A DNA stretch of 64,000 nucleotides from Octopus vulgaris (taxonomy: Eukaryota). This document shows, one piece after another, positions 39,407 to 53,123 of the stretch (positions are counted from its first letter, which is position 1; each line of letters opens with the position of its first letter). The position numbers and the translations under genes are program-made. The notes beneath the pieces were generated by a model. That model saw only the letters and a program-made list of their open reading frames with translations, had not been told where the DNA came from and made no database searches. The stretch spans positions 62,434,001-62,498,000 of the forward strand of contig OX597816.1 in the NCBI GenBank assembly GCA_951406725.2. The letters are read 5' to 3'.

Positions 39407-40504
39407 GTGTACTTAATGCAGTTCCGTGTTAGAAGTCAGTTGAAACTGATAAATGTTTATTCATACGTCAGGTAAACAAGATTACACACCATCCGGAGTA
39501 CGGTTTTGTTAAATCAGCGATCTGGTCGACTGTGCATATCAGCGGATTGAGAAGAAATGACTAATGATGGTTCACAATGCGTTCGTTGTGCTTTCAAGTA
39601 ATCACAGGGTCTTTGATATCAATTCCTATTCATCATGCATCAGAAGAGTATGTTTTGAAGTTAAGAAGAAAGAATTTAAGCATTTGTCCGCAGCTCATAA
39701 TAAGTAATTTTCTTTTGTTTACGATTCATGTAGCGTAGCGAATGTTATGAAGTTTCTCTTTAAGACACAATGTTACGATTTATTCCTAACTGCTGATGCA
39801 CTCTGTGTTACTGGCTATAGAAATGCGATGTTTTCTCCTTTATCTCTTAATTTTCAAATACATTTCGATTGTTCTGTGATGTTCCAGTCACTGGTGACAG
39901 AATGGGCAGTGTTTGATTGAGTATTCGATGGCTTCTCTATAGGTTCGTCATGTGTTATTAGCAGAGATATGAATATTGTAAAAGCGCCTAGAAGAAGAAG
40001 TCACGGTTTGAAGTATTCATATCTCTCGTTAAGATGTCAAATCGTTATTTTACAACATATGCAAGCTGGTTATTTTCTCTCTTTGATTGTTTACAATAAT
40101 CAAGCTTTATGATTCTTAATGATATTGGGCATGTGTTGCATACAACTGCAGCTTACTGTACGTTGTGTTTGTTGAAAAGCTGATAATGATCGTGTCCATT
40201 CTGTAAATATTCTCTGCATGGAGAGCAGAAATATTTTATAAAATTTGTTTTTATCATGAATATCCTATGGTAAATATTTGCAAAATAAGCAGTTGGTAGA
40301 TGTTATCGGTGAATATCATGATCCTGGTTATAAATTTCTTAAGGATATTTTCATAACTATACATACTAAAACACTACTAACAAACGAACCTATAAATATT
40401 CGTTACATCTTATAGAAACAGCGGACAAATATTTGTATATATTTATTCATACACGCAAACACACTACATATACAAACACTCACACAACTATACATAACAC
40501 ATTG

Positions 40505-41305
40505 ATTTCAAATTTTGGCACGAGGACAGCAATTTCGGGGGCAGGGGAGGGATTAACCGATTATATCGACCGAATGTTCAACTTGTACCTATTTTATCAA
40601 CCCCGAAAGGATGAAAGGTAAAGTAGACTAAGCTAAATTTGAAATCAGAAAGTATATGGCTGACGTAATGCCGCTAAGCATTTTGCCCGGCTTACTAACG
40701 TTTCTGCCAGCTCACTGCCATGCGTATGCATAAAATATTCTTTTCTACTTTGGATATAAAGCCCGAAACTTTTGGGGGAGGGTGCCGGTCCATTAGATCG
40801 ACCCCAGTACTTAATCTATTGAACCCAAAAGGAATTTGGACTCATACACTAAAGTCAGACAAAATACCGCTAAGCTTTTTGCCTTACGTGCTAATGTTTT
40901 TTATTTCTTTACTACCCACAAGGGGTTAAACACAAAAGGGGCAAACAAGGACAGACAAACGGATTAAGTCGATTATTGTAACTGGTGCTTTTGTAATCTA
41001 CCCCGAAAGGATAAAAGGCAAAGTCGACCTCGGCAGAATTTGAACTCAGAAGGTAAAGACAGACAAAATACCTATTTCTTTACTACACACAAGGGGCTAA
41101 ACACAGAACGGACAAACAAGGACAGACAAACGGATTAAGTCGATTGTATCGACCCCAGTGCGTAACTGGTACTTATTTAATCGACCCCGAAAGGATGAAA
41201 GGCAAAGTCGACCTCGGTGGAATTTGAACTAAGAACGTAGCGGCAGACGAAATACGCCTACGCATTTCGCCCGGCGTGCTAACGTTTCTGCCAGCTCTCC
41301 GCCTT
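40505..41305 (-). mobile_element. Cluster of four stacked SINE family B copies/partials
   Basis: Repeated CCCCGAAAGGAT(G/A)AAAGG(C/T)AAAGT cores. The tail TATTTCTTTACTAC(C/A)CACAAGGGG occurs at ~40902 and ~41073. Confidence 0.88.
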
Positions 41306-42469
41306 ATATGCATAAGATATTAACGACATTCGAATTAAATTGAAAGTGTCTTTGTTTTTCCTATTGTTTACGTATGATTAAAATCATCCACATAACATAC
41401 CTTTATTAATAACTAATTGCCGGGAAGCATAATTTTGACAGCTGCAATGAGCTGTCGCTCATTAAACATAGTACAGACCGTGGTACACGGCATCTCAGCT
41501 TATTAATATTTATATTGTGCACAATACACTCTAGACGTGTGGAATTTACGCGTTAAATATTTATCTGTTAGTTAATACTTGCGTTGAAACCATGAAGACT
41601 TTTATTCTTCTCCACCAATGACAATATTTTGTCGTGACTTCATTCGTTAATCCTAGTGTAGCAGTGTCGAATCTATAATTTTCAATACTTGATTTTTTTC
41701 TGCTGTAATTTGTATTGCGTTGTTTTCTCCTGACACAATTTTCTTGTCTATTTTTGCAATGGGAGACCTATATTTATCACTTACAATTAAATACCTTGTG
41801 CTTTCTTTGCATTTTCAGTTTTGTCATTGTGTTGTTCGACTTCTTTATTTTTCGAGAGTTTCCTCGGCTTCTTCGTTTCTTTCTTTTTGTTTCCTTTCAT
41901 TTTCATATTCCTTCTCTCCTGAGTTTGGCTTCTATTTTTGCTGTTGTTTCCTCTTGCCGTCGTTTTACTGCACTTCTCACCAATTGACATCAACAATTGA
42001 TTTTTTTTCTTGTATTAATATTCATTCTCTCTCTACAGTTAGATGTCAAACAGCCCCTGTATTCTAGGATAAAAGTGTCCTTCCATCTGACGAAATGTTT
42101 AATATTGAACGTTTAAAACGCTGAGTTGCTGTACTCCTAAATTTAGCTAGATTTACCCCGTGCACTACTTTCCGCCTTCTTTCATCGATGTGTTTTATGT
42201 AATTTAAATATGTAACTTTCGAAATAGGAATAAGTGATATTTCCAAACCATTCAAATAACGAAAAGGCATAATCAGTCGTATACTATGGTAACAATAGAC
42301 CAAAGAGTAAATGACAGAAACAGAAAGTAAATTATTAGCAGCGTATTCCAATAATAAAAATAGTTAATGACAAGAATAAATGTACAATTGTTCACCCCAA
42401 CTCAGAGTATGTTTTTTTTTTATTTACCAATGACTAAATTACCCATAAGAGGGGGTAGACGCAACAAGA

Positions 42470-43712
42470 CACACACACACCGGGCATTTCGTTCATTTCC
42501 AGCTCAAAGATTCGAGCCTCGCCCTATGCTCGGGTCAAGGCATAGAAAGCAACTCCGCGACCAGCAGCGATCCCCGAAAGCATATGCTGGTTTACTCCCA
42601 CCGCATCATGCTGGTTCCGTATCCCTTTGAGCAACATCAAATTCACTCATCCGTAGGCAAACACTCTCCAAACTTTTCTATTATTTATAAGCCTTCTTGC
42701 CTCTCTCAATCCAGCACGTAACAACCAAAGCTTTCCTCACTCCGTCCATCCACACAAACCTAGGTCTGCCTCTGGTTCTGTTGCCTACTACCTCTAACTT
42801 CACCACACTCCATACCATCCTCTCCTCATCCATTCTCTCCATATGGCCAAACGACCTCAACATTCGTCCATCCATTCTGGTACATAGATTTTCTCTCACT
42901 CCTGCTCGCTTCCGCACCTCCTCATTCCTCATCCTGTCCATCCGTGCCACATCAACCATAGTCCTCAAACATCTCATCTCAAACACATCTAGTCGCCTCC
43001 TTTCCGCCCCTTAAGACCCCACGTCTCTGCACCATATAACATTATCGGCACAATCACGCCCTCATACACACTACTTTTCGCATTCACGCTCTACCTTTTA
43101 TCTCTTAGCATGCCTTTCACAACTCCAAACATCTCACGTTCCTCCCTCACTCTGTATCCCACATCGTCAGCCAACTCCCCATCCGCCGTTACATGTGATC
43201 CCAGATACTTTCTAACACTCACCTCCTCTAACTTCTCACCATTTATACTCACATTCATCCTACCAACCATTCCATCTCTCGAACATCTTATCATCTTAAT
43301 CTTAGCTACTTTCACTTTCAGTTTCCTCCTCACAAACTTTTCCAAACTTTACCACCAGTCTCCTCAGTTGTTCTCACCGAATCCGCCACTAGTGCTGTAT
43401 CATCAGCAAACAACAACTGATTCCCCTGCCATATATCTCCATTTTCCCCCCACCATTTGGGCTTCCCTACCAAAGGTTCTAGCATTCACCTCTCCACACA
43501 CCATCCATATACAGATTAAAACAGTAGCGGAGATATCACCCAACCCTGTCTTAACCCCGACTTCACATCAAACCACTCACTTACTTCACCACCCACCCAA
43601 ACGCATGGCCTACTTTCTCAACAGAAACTCTGTACAGCTCTCAACAATCTACCATCTACTCCATACAACCGCAACACCTGCCACATTGCATCTCTATCCA
43701 CAAGGCAAATAT
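42470..43712 (-). mobile_element. RTE-clade LINE, 5'-truncated and frameshifted
   Basis: The minus strand gives QLLFADDTALVADS, KYLGS, FEMRCLR..RMRNEEVR..FGHMERMDEER..RTRGRPR..WMDGV. Confidence 0.9.
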
Positions 43713-43922
43713 TAAGAAAGAAAAATAAAATTTGCAAAAGTTATACATACGACCATATAGATACACGCACACTGCACACACACTCACGCACAAAAAAATG
43801 AATAAACAGAAAACATGTAAACGTACACACACGCATACATATATATGCATACATACACACACGCATACATGCATACATACAAACATACATATACTCATAC
43901 ATACATACATGTATGCATGGAT

Positions 43923-43969
<47 letters not shown>

Positions 43970-44031
43970 CTAAAACCGGTATGATAAAATAAGAAAGAAA
44001 GAGACCTCAATATTATGTAAATAGAGGAAAT

Positions 44032-44168
44032 TTATCTGTAAAATAATATGTGACAATTATTCAATAGCTAAGATAAAAACTCTGAGTTTCGGATGCCGGG
44101 GCGGAAATCTACAGCACCATCTCGGCATCTTGGCTATTGAATAATTGTCACATTATTTTACAGATAAT
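44032..44168. repeat. Short foldback between (TA)n tracts (PLE pLTR-like)
   Basis: TTATCTGTAAAATAATATGTGACAATTATTCAATAGCTAAGAT / ATCTTGGCTATTGAATAATTGTCACATTATTTTACAGATAA; the loop contains a minus-strand CCGAAAC. Confidence 0.7.
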
Positions 44169-44181
44169 ATATATATATATA

Positions 44182-44248
<67 letters not shown>

Positions 44249-44611
44249 AGGTCCCGGGTTGAGTCGGGGTTAACCACAGTAAATAAGGTACTCAATACAT
44301 AGCAGAGTAAATTAATTTATTTTATAGAAGGAGCTTCTACAGGACTAGAACTGTTTCATTAAAAAAAATCATCTGGAAGCTAGGTGACAAGAATAGTTTT
44401 GGCATTTATACAATTAGGCAGGTTTAAAGGGGTGGTGGGGGGGACTTTTGGGGTAGGCATGGCGCAAACTATCATTTTTAGGGGAGTGGTCAAAGGAATC
44501 AGTGATAAAGTAGATAAAAGAATAAATAGAATAATAGAGTTTTAGGTAAATAAGGAGACTCTCACTTATACAAATATATATACACATATATATACACATA
44601 CACATACACAC

Positions 44612-44644
<33 letters not shown>

Positions 44645-44645
44645 T

Positions 44646-44696
<51 letters not shown>

Positions 44697-44956
44697 CACA
44701 CATACATCCATATACACATGTACATATGCACCCATTTACACACATCTACGTACACACCCATACCCATACTCATACATACACTCATATCTCTACACACATA
44801 TATATAAAATAAATATAAATATAAATATAAATACAAAGGAGGATATATACCCCCATACACACACGCTCATATATCTATATATATATATATATATATATAC
44901 ATCTACATATACACACATACATACCCACACTTATATATATATATATATACATACAT

Positions 44957-45013
<57 letters not shown>

Positions 45014-45246
45014 CATATATATATACACACATACATACACATACATATGCATATACATGCACACACATACACACACGTTTCTTCCCTAATTTTAATTTTA
45101 TCTTTATCTTTATCTTTATTTTTATTTTGACCTCGACCCACCAGGCCAGCTCTCCCAAGGGAGCTAGCTTAGCCGGCCTAAAGACACCATTTATTGCCCC
45201 TGTCCCTTCCTTTCTATCTTTCTTCACACTGATACGAACACAAACA

Positions 45247-45293
<47 letters not shown>

Positions 45294-45690
45294 TCATACA
45301 CATACACAAACGCACGTGTTATATTCATACATACATAATTGTACCGACTTTCACATAAACGTACACATAACTATGTACACACAAAACCACATACGCACGC
45401 ACATACCTACATATACATACGCATATATACTTACCCCAGTCATATACATACCTACATACACATACATCCATATATTTATACATATACATACACATATATA
45501 TACACATGCACATACCAATACACATACGCATATCTACGCACATACACGCACACACATCTATCTACATATATAAAAAAAGAAACCCAACAAGTCCATACAT
45601 ATACACACATACACATACATACATACATATACACGTATATATACTCACACATATATACACATATATATACACATACACCTATATACACAC

Positions 45691-45737
<47 letters not shown>

Positions 45738-46344
45738 AATAAAATAGAACATATGCATATATATAAACATATATGTACGTACCTACCTCTACATGTACAT
45801 ATACACGCATATATGTGTACAGGACACCAAAAAGACGTCGAACACATAGAGAGACGAAAAACATAGACACAAACCAAGGAACAGGACAAGCAAAAAAGAA
45901 AAAAAGAGATACAGGACAATAAGCACAACGAAAAATCCCCTTCTTCAGTCGCTAAGGTTTCAACTACTCTACGTTTCGAAGGATAAAAGCGAGACGTATA
46001 CTTCGAAGAAACTTCCTTCCTGCGAAAAGCAAATCAATTAAAATTCTGAGATCTTTTCGCAGAGGGGTAAAAAATGGTAAAAAAAGCAAGACGGTAACGA
46101 CAGTACAAACATATAAACAGTAAAAAAAAAAAAAAATTATATATAAACAGTTGAAAAATAAATATATAACAGTGAGAGACAGGACAAGGAGAACAAGATA
46201 AGAAGGGCTGTTTACGCCAGACGAATACATATACACATACATATACATACACACACATCTACATACACATACATATACATCCGTATGCACATCCTATTAC
46301 ATACATCCACACAGAGGTATACAGGCATCTACACCCATACATAT

Positions 46345-46391
<47 letters not shown>

Positions 46392-46552
46392 CACGAACGC
46401 ACACAAATACACATATATAGACATATATACACCAACACACATACGCATACATAAATGTATACATATGTATATACATATGCATACACATATATACTTAAAT
46501 ATATATGTATATAATTATATATATATATACAAATATGAATACACACACACAC

Positions 46553-46586
<34 letters not shown>

Positions 46587-46635
46587 GTGTGTATGTGTGT
46601 GTATGTGTGTCTGTGTGTGTGTATGTATATGTATA

Positions 46636-47523
46636 TGGCGGTTTGATCAGTAGGCATCCAGAATGTTGCTATAGTAACGAAGCTAAAACAAGCATAGTAA
46701 AGCTTCTTGGTACAGATTGGTTTCGATCTCTGTTGTGCATGCCTACTAAATTTTAACATTGTAGCTCACTTCCACTGTCTATAGGTGTGCTTGGAAGGAA
46801 GAGGTGTAGCGTGTGATCGTTGCATTGAACATTACAGAGAAATTTGAGCACAGAATCTGTAGCAAGTTTTGCTAAAATCTTGGCGATGCCTGCTCAGAAG
46901 CCAACGCAAAGTTTTCAGTGTTTTCATCGTTCTCGATACAATCCAGGAGATCTTGCGCAACTGAAACCCGAGAGTTATTTTGGTCAGCTGAAGGCAGTTT
47001 TGGCACAAACTTGGCAGACACGCGTTTCATATCCAAATCTTCAGTGATTATAGAATGAACTGAACCGTAACTAATCTGCACATCATCTGACAACTCACGG
47101 ATGGTGATTCGGTGATTTCTCCTTACATCTATACGCACATCTGCGATGTTTTTCTCAGTTCCGTTGGTTGCGGTTCTCCTAGAATATACGTTAATATCGA
47201 CATTTTTTCAGCCATCTTAGATATATCTGAACCACTCATACACTTGTGTGTGGATTATACAATCCGTACAGTTGCTGCAACTTTGTGCCGGCATCTGATC
47301 AGGTATGGCCATGGCAAATTTCTCTTACATGGACAATGTGACGATCACACGCTACACACATTCCTTCCAAGCACTGCAGGAAATAGCGGAAGTGAGCTAG
47401 GACGTTAAAAATTAATGTACATGCACAGCAGAGATCAAGCTCAGTCTTTGCCAAGTGGCAGTACTCTGCGTGCTTTAACTTCGTTACTATGGCAACATTA
47501 AGGATACTTGTTGATCAGGCCCC

Positions 47524-47524
<1 letters not shown>
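46636..47524. mobile_element. Rearranged mariner derivative made of two inward-facing 5' ends
   Basis: The left arm (TGATCAGTAGGCATCCAGAATGTTGCTATAGTAACGAAG..TGCTTGGAAGGAA..GTGTAGCGTGTGATCGT) is the reverse complement of the right arm. The minus strand encodes the mariner HTH region RITIRELSDDVQISYGSVHSIITEDLDMKRVSAKFVPKL. Confidence 0.85.
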
Positions 47525-47590
<66 letters not shown>

Positions 47591-47603
47591 CACATATAAA
47601 TAA

Positions 47604-48184
<581 letters not shown>

Positions 48185-48199
48185 TATATATAGTAGTAA

Positions 48200-48920
48200 T
48201 AGTTATTCGTCGGTCTCGAAGGGCCGTGGATCTGCACCCAAAGAAATCATTTCATCTGCTGATGGTGGTACAGCATTAGTTGTGCTTGCACAGGTCCACA
48301 AGGGGAGTAGCATTCACACATACAGCGATTGCATCTGGAGGAGTTTTCTGCCAGTGCTACTGATTTTTCCTTATGTTGAGTGCGCTTTTCATTGGTGCCA
48401 AGTTCCTGTTTTTCTTCCGCCTTCTTCATTCGTTTTCGCAGTATTTGCCTCTAGTGTGGACGATCATTTGCAACCTCCCCCCTCTCAGGTCGTCCAGATC
48501 AAGCGACGTCATATTCCCCTTACGGACGTCTTTGAAACGAAGATGATTTGGTCCTTAAGCCGGTAGCCAATTCTCCATACAGGATATCTTTTCGGATCCT
48601 TCTGTCTGGCATGCGATGAATATGACCGAGCCATTGCAAACGATGCGGCTACCAGACGTGTATACTGGCTATCTTGACTTTGTTGAGGACTTCCTGTTAG
48701 TGATGTAGTCGTTCTACATGATGATCAAGATACGTTTCAAATGACGAAGGTGAAAGACGTAGAGACGCGGCTCCGGTCTAGAGTAGAGACCCCACGTCTC
48801 TCTCTGTCGTAATGTACCGTATAAAGGACAGGCATTATTGACAACAATTTTGATGTTTGCAGCCAGTTTTCTTTCTTTTGTTTTGTTTTCTTAAACTCAC
48901 TTTGTGAGCCTGGTACATAT
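48200..48920 (-). mobile_element. RTE (BovB-like) LINE 3' fragment
   Basis: The minus strand gives RLQWLGHIHRMPDRRIRKDILYGELATG..LRFKDV, and FHLRHLKRIL. Confidence 0.85.
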
Positions 48921-49331
48921 CATTTATATTATATATATAAATACAGACTTTATTTATGTTATATATATATACATACACACACACACACGCATATATCTAT
49001 GTATATTTACACACAAACACATATATATTTAAGTATGTAGTATTATATACACAGTGACCTAGTTATGTTTACTGATTGATCTACCAAGATAAAAAAAAAT
49101 AGAAGAATCAAATAACGAAAAAGTTTCCTATTTCCAAAAATGTTATTCCTGGGAGAGAAGAATTAGAACGAAAAGGAACAAAACAAAATAATATTTTCCA
49201 TAGAGAAAAATCTCCTGCTGATTTACAAGATTTTAAGATTTTGTTTCATATACGACGAAATATTCATGGTTAGACAAGCAGCTCACGGTTCAATAAGACA
49301 ACAAATATCACAAAATGATGACGATCACAAC

Positions 49332-49376
<45 letters not shown>

Positions 49377-49692
49377 TGTTGTTGTAGTGGTGGTGGTGGT
49401 GGCAGTAGTAAGTTGTCGCAAGAATGATGGTTTTGATGACTCTTCTGGAAAGAATTTTTATTTACTTCAGGTAAAAAAAAAAAAAATTCTTACATATTTG
49501 CAAAGAATTTAATCTAACAATAGAACTTCATTAAGAATGTTTCAATAGCTTCAGCAAAGGAATTTAAGTATGCTTCTAAGCATATGTGTACATATATAGA
49601 TTTAGATACATACACACACAATCATACATATATACGTACATATAAGTTACTCTTACAAAGTGAATATATATATATACACATAAATATATGTG

Positions 49693-49732
<40 letters not shown>

Positions 49733-49739
49733 TATATGC

Positions 49740-49770
<31 letters not shown>

Positions 49771-49897
49771 ATGAGTGTATATGTAGGCTTATATTAATTT
49801 AGGTGTGTATTCATGTCTGTATATATATATATATCTGTATATATATATGTATATATACAATCATACATACACACACATATATGGATGCATATATGGA

Positions 49898-49945
<48 letters not shown>

Positions 49946-50034
49946 ATTTTGCATGCAGGTATATATACAAATTCATATAAACGTTTGCTTTATATATATA
50001 TGTATATATGTATATATGTGTATGTATATATATG

Positions 50035-50086
<52 letters not shown>

Positions 50087-50839
50087 TACACATGTGTGTG
50101 TGTGTGTGTGTGTGTGTGTATAACTTGTGCGCCACCCTTTTCACATCTGCCTGCTTACATTAGCTAAAATGTTCATGACAAAGTCAGCAATTAACAATAG
50201 CTCTCGAAGTGTAAGATCTTTTGCAAATATTTCACTTTACTCAAATACAATACACTATATTTAAAAAGAAACAATCAGAAAATCGCGCGTAGAAAACTAT
50301 GGCGAAAACATAAAAATCTATATCGGGTTTTGTTCCTAAACACGAAATAATACTTGTTGTAACACAATACAGACTCAGAACTCGTGATTTTGTCGTGTTT
50401 CTGTTTAGCAGTCGGGAGTATAAAATCTTTAAGCGAAATATACTGAAGTGTTATAAAGGATTTACTATTTTAAAATAATGATGCTTCGACATTTTAGCTT
50501 AACATTTCATTTTAAACCATTGTTTTATACATTGATCGTGTGAATAAGGGGCCTTCTTCGAGGTCGTTTGATCTACTGGAACTAACCAACAAAATCACTT
50601 TCAAATGACAGTATGTCACGTGTTTCTTTATATTTTGTTTTCTTTAAAAGAGTGTATTGATTAAGTCTGAGAAAAACTGTCTCAAAAGACAGGATGGAGA
50701 CATTAAGACAACTTTAAACGCAGCTCTGTTTGACTGGGGCTGGCCTCAGGATACACATTACACAAACCACTACAAACGGTGGAGAATACAATTCTTTCCA
50801 GAGACACATGCACGTACGCCTGTGTACTCGTGGATGCAG

Positions 50840-50870
<31 letters not shown>

Positions 50871-50874
<4 letters not shown>

Positions 50875-51855
50875 CATGCTGGAAGTCAATAGATACCTTT
50901 AGTTTTCAAAAGATCTGATCTAAGCATCTTAATACATTTTCAGCAATGTAGAATTTACAATGCAATTATTCTTTTTTCATTCCAGTTACCATTATATTAA
51001 ACATGTGCGAAGATTAACAATGCCACGCACAAAATATTCAGCAGAACTGGCAGATTTTCAAGGAGGTCGTATTGTTGGGCAATCTGAGGCTGGTCTTAGT
51101 CAGCGAAAATTTGCTGAAAATCTTCAAATTCCTCTTGCTGCTATGAATAGAAGAATGATAGTGCATTTCGGAAGCCAAGGAAAAGGATCGATCCACAGAT
51201 TCCCGTCCCTGCCGTCACAGGCCCTCAAAAAGGAAGCTTCACTGTTTGAAGAGAATTGTGGAAACGAATCCCGTTCGAAGGCTTCTGGCATTGCAAAATA
51301 GCTAGAAGTTAATCCAAGAACCTCTGTTACAAAACTGCATAAGCTTGGGTATTATGGACGAGCAGCTGGAAGGAAACCTTTCCTTCAACTAATTAATAGC
51401 ATGAAAAGAAAGAACTGGGTAAAGGAGATGTCAGAAAAATTCAGTTAATTTTGGGATAGATTTATTTTCTCAGATGAAACGAGATTTGCATTATTTTTCA
51501 GACAGTTGACGTGTTTGGGTCTGGAAGCTTCCCAATCAAGAATTTGATTTGAAATGACTACAACCAACTATGAAATATGGCTGTATCTCTGTAATGGTAT
51601 GGGGAGCTGTCACCAACAATGGTCGTTCTGAGCTGATCGAATGTCTTGGAACCATAAACTTAAGCAAAAACTACTTGTGATATATTCACACGATAACATA
51701 ACCAAAATGAGTTTTTATTCATGGAAGATGGGGCTCCATGACACACAGCGAAAAGGAATCAATAATGGCTGAGTGTAAATGGGGTCAAAAAGCTTCCTTG
51801 GCCGAGCCAATCTCCTGACATGAACCCAATTGAAACTCTTTGGAGCATACTAGTA
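50871..51855 (+). mobile_element. Decayed Tc1 (DD34E) element, 3'-truncated
   Basis: [23 protein letters not shown]; FSDETRF; VMVWGAV; FMEDGAP*HTAK; [18 protein letters not shown]. Confidence 0.9.
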
Positions 51856-51868
51856 ACACATAGTGACG

Positions 51869-52389
51869 CAAATACTGAGAGGACACAGATAGTGTGTCTA
51901 TAGCCAGCTGGGGGAGATATCTTCCTGGGGCTACAAACTACAGTAGCATCCACCCTTATGGGTTAGCCATATTCAAATGGCAAATATGCGCCACGATGTG
52001 TTACCGCTACTGTTTATAACTCGCTCTGAGATTTATCATTGTTTGATTTCACTTTTTCAATATCAGTGTCAATGGACACTGGAAAAAGTATATGTATTTG
52101 TGAAGGGATCTGACTTCTCGTCGACAACCATGATTGTTACACGCTGATGAAAGGTAAACACCTTGAAACTCGGGTACGTGTGTATCATGTGTTGAAGACG
52201 GGGAGGATGACTCCCCTTCACAAATACTGAGAGGACACAGATAGTGTGTCTATAGCCAGCTGGAGGAGATATCTTCCTGGGGCTACAAACTACAGTAGCA
52301 TCCACCCTTATGGGTTAGCCATATTCAAATGGCAAATATACGTCACGATGTGTTACCGCTACTGTTTATAACTCGCTCTGAGATTTATC

Positions 52390-52392
<3 letters not shown>
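51869..52392 (+). mobile_element. Candidate non-LTR retrozyme: 352-nt unit present as ~1.5 tandem copies, with a hammerhead ribozyme
   Basis: 51869-52040 is repeated at 52221-52392 (3 substitutions seen). The unique part contains an intact type I hammerhead, the unit has many internal hairpins, and there is no ORF. Confidence 0.7.
52129..52189 (+). ncRNA. Type I hammerhead ribozyme
   Basis: Helix I ACACG/CGTGT (extended by CATGAT/ATCATG), core CTGATGA 52144-52150, helix II AAGGT-AAAC-ACCTT, GAAA 52165-52168, minimal helix III AC-TCGG-GT, cleavage triplet GTA 52174-52176. Confidence 0.85.
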
Positions 52393-52435
<43 letters not shown>

Positions 52436-52629
52436 ACGAATCGACGAACCGTTTCTGGATTAGAGCCGAAGGCTCATTTCCTTGTCAATATAATATTTCC
52501 TATAAATAGCGATCAATTTGGCTGCTATTTCTAATATTTTTGGTATGTGGTTTTGAGCAACTTGTTGCAATTAACCCTTTATTATAATTAATATATAGAA
52601 GAATATATAGAAGAATATATAGAATATAT

Positions 52630-52763
52630 AGAAGAAGAAGAAGAAGATGACGATGTTGATGATGATGATGATGATGATGAAGAAGAAGAAGAGAAGATGA
52701 CGATGATGGTGATGGTGGTGATGATTATGACGACGATGATGATGATAATGATGATGATGATGA
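52630..52763 (+). repeat. (GAA)n/(GAT)n microsatellite
   Basis: Direct reading. Confidence 0.9.
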
Positions 52764-52972
52764 TCAGGGCACTCCCAGATTCTCCCACCCCCTTTCATCA
52801 CCAGCCTTCTTCCTCTACTACCCTACCAAGAACTCACAACGACCTCCAACACACAAGTGCAAACAAGGGAGTCAGAGAAAGGCAGAATGTCACTTAAATC
52901 TGAACACTACTATAGAAATATTCTTTTAAAAAAACTTTTCTTCTAATTTTTCTAAATTTAATTATTTAATCG

Positions 52973-53016
52973 TTACAGTTGAAAAGGTCTCAAAATGACC
53001 GAAACCGGTACTGAAA
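52973..53016 (+). ncRNA. Minimal type I hammerhead-like motif with a U3:A8 core variant (PLE pLTR type)
   Basis: CAG-TTGAAAA-GGTC-TCAAAAT-GACC-GAAA-CCG-GTA-CTG: helix I CAG/CTG, helix II GGTC/GACC, palindromic ACCGGT helix III. Confidence 0.65.
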
Positions 53017-53071
53017 TGTTCACTATAAAATTATTTTAGCATTTTCTATTTTTGACTTGTTTTTTCATATA

Positions 53072-53123
<52 letters not shown>

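Noticed and set aside
39420-40330. Non-repetitive-looking stretch as a possible exon or transposase
   Set aside because: No ORF of 60 aa or more in the track and no recognisable motif
42064-42351. 95-aa minus-strand ORF with RRRK/RFKR basic sites (prohormone-like)
   Set aside because: Non-ATG start, no clear signal peptide or family similarity; consistent with a chance ORF
45925-45990. Minus-strand GAAAC..CTGAAGA as a type II hammerhead
   Set aside because: Helix I does not pair and the first helix II pair is mismatched; probably a degenerate pLTR
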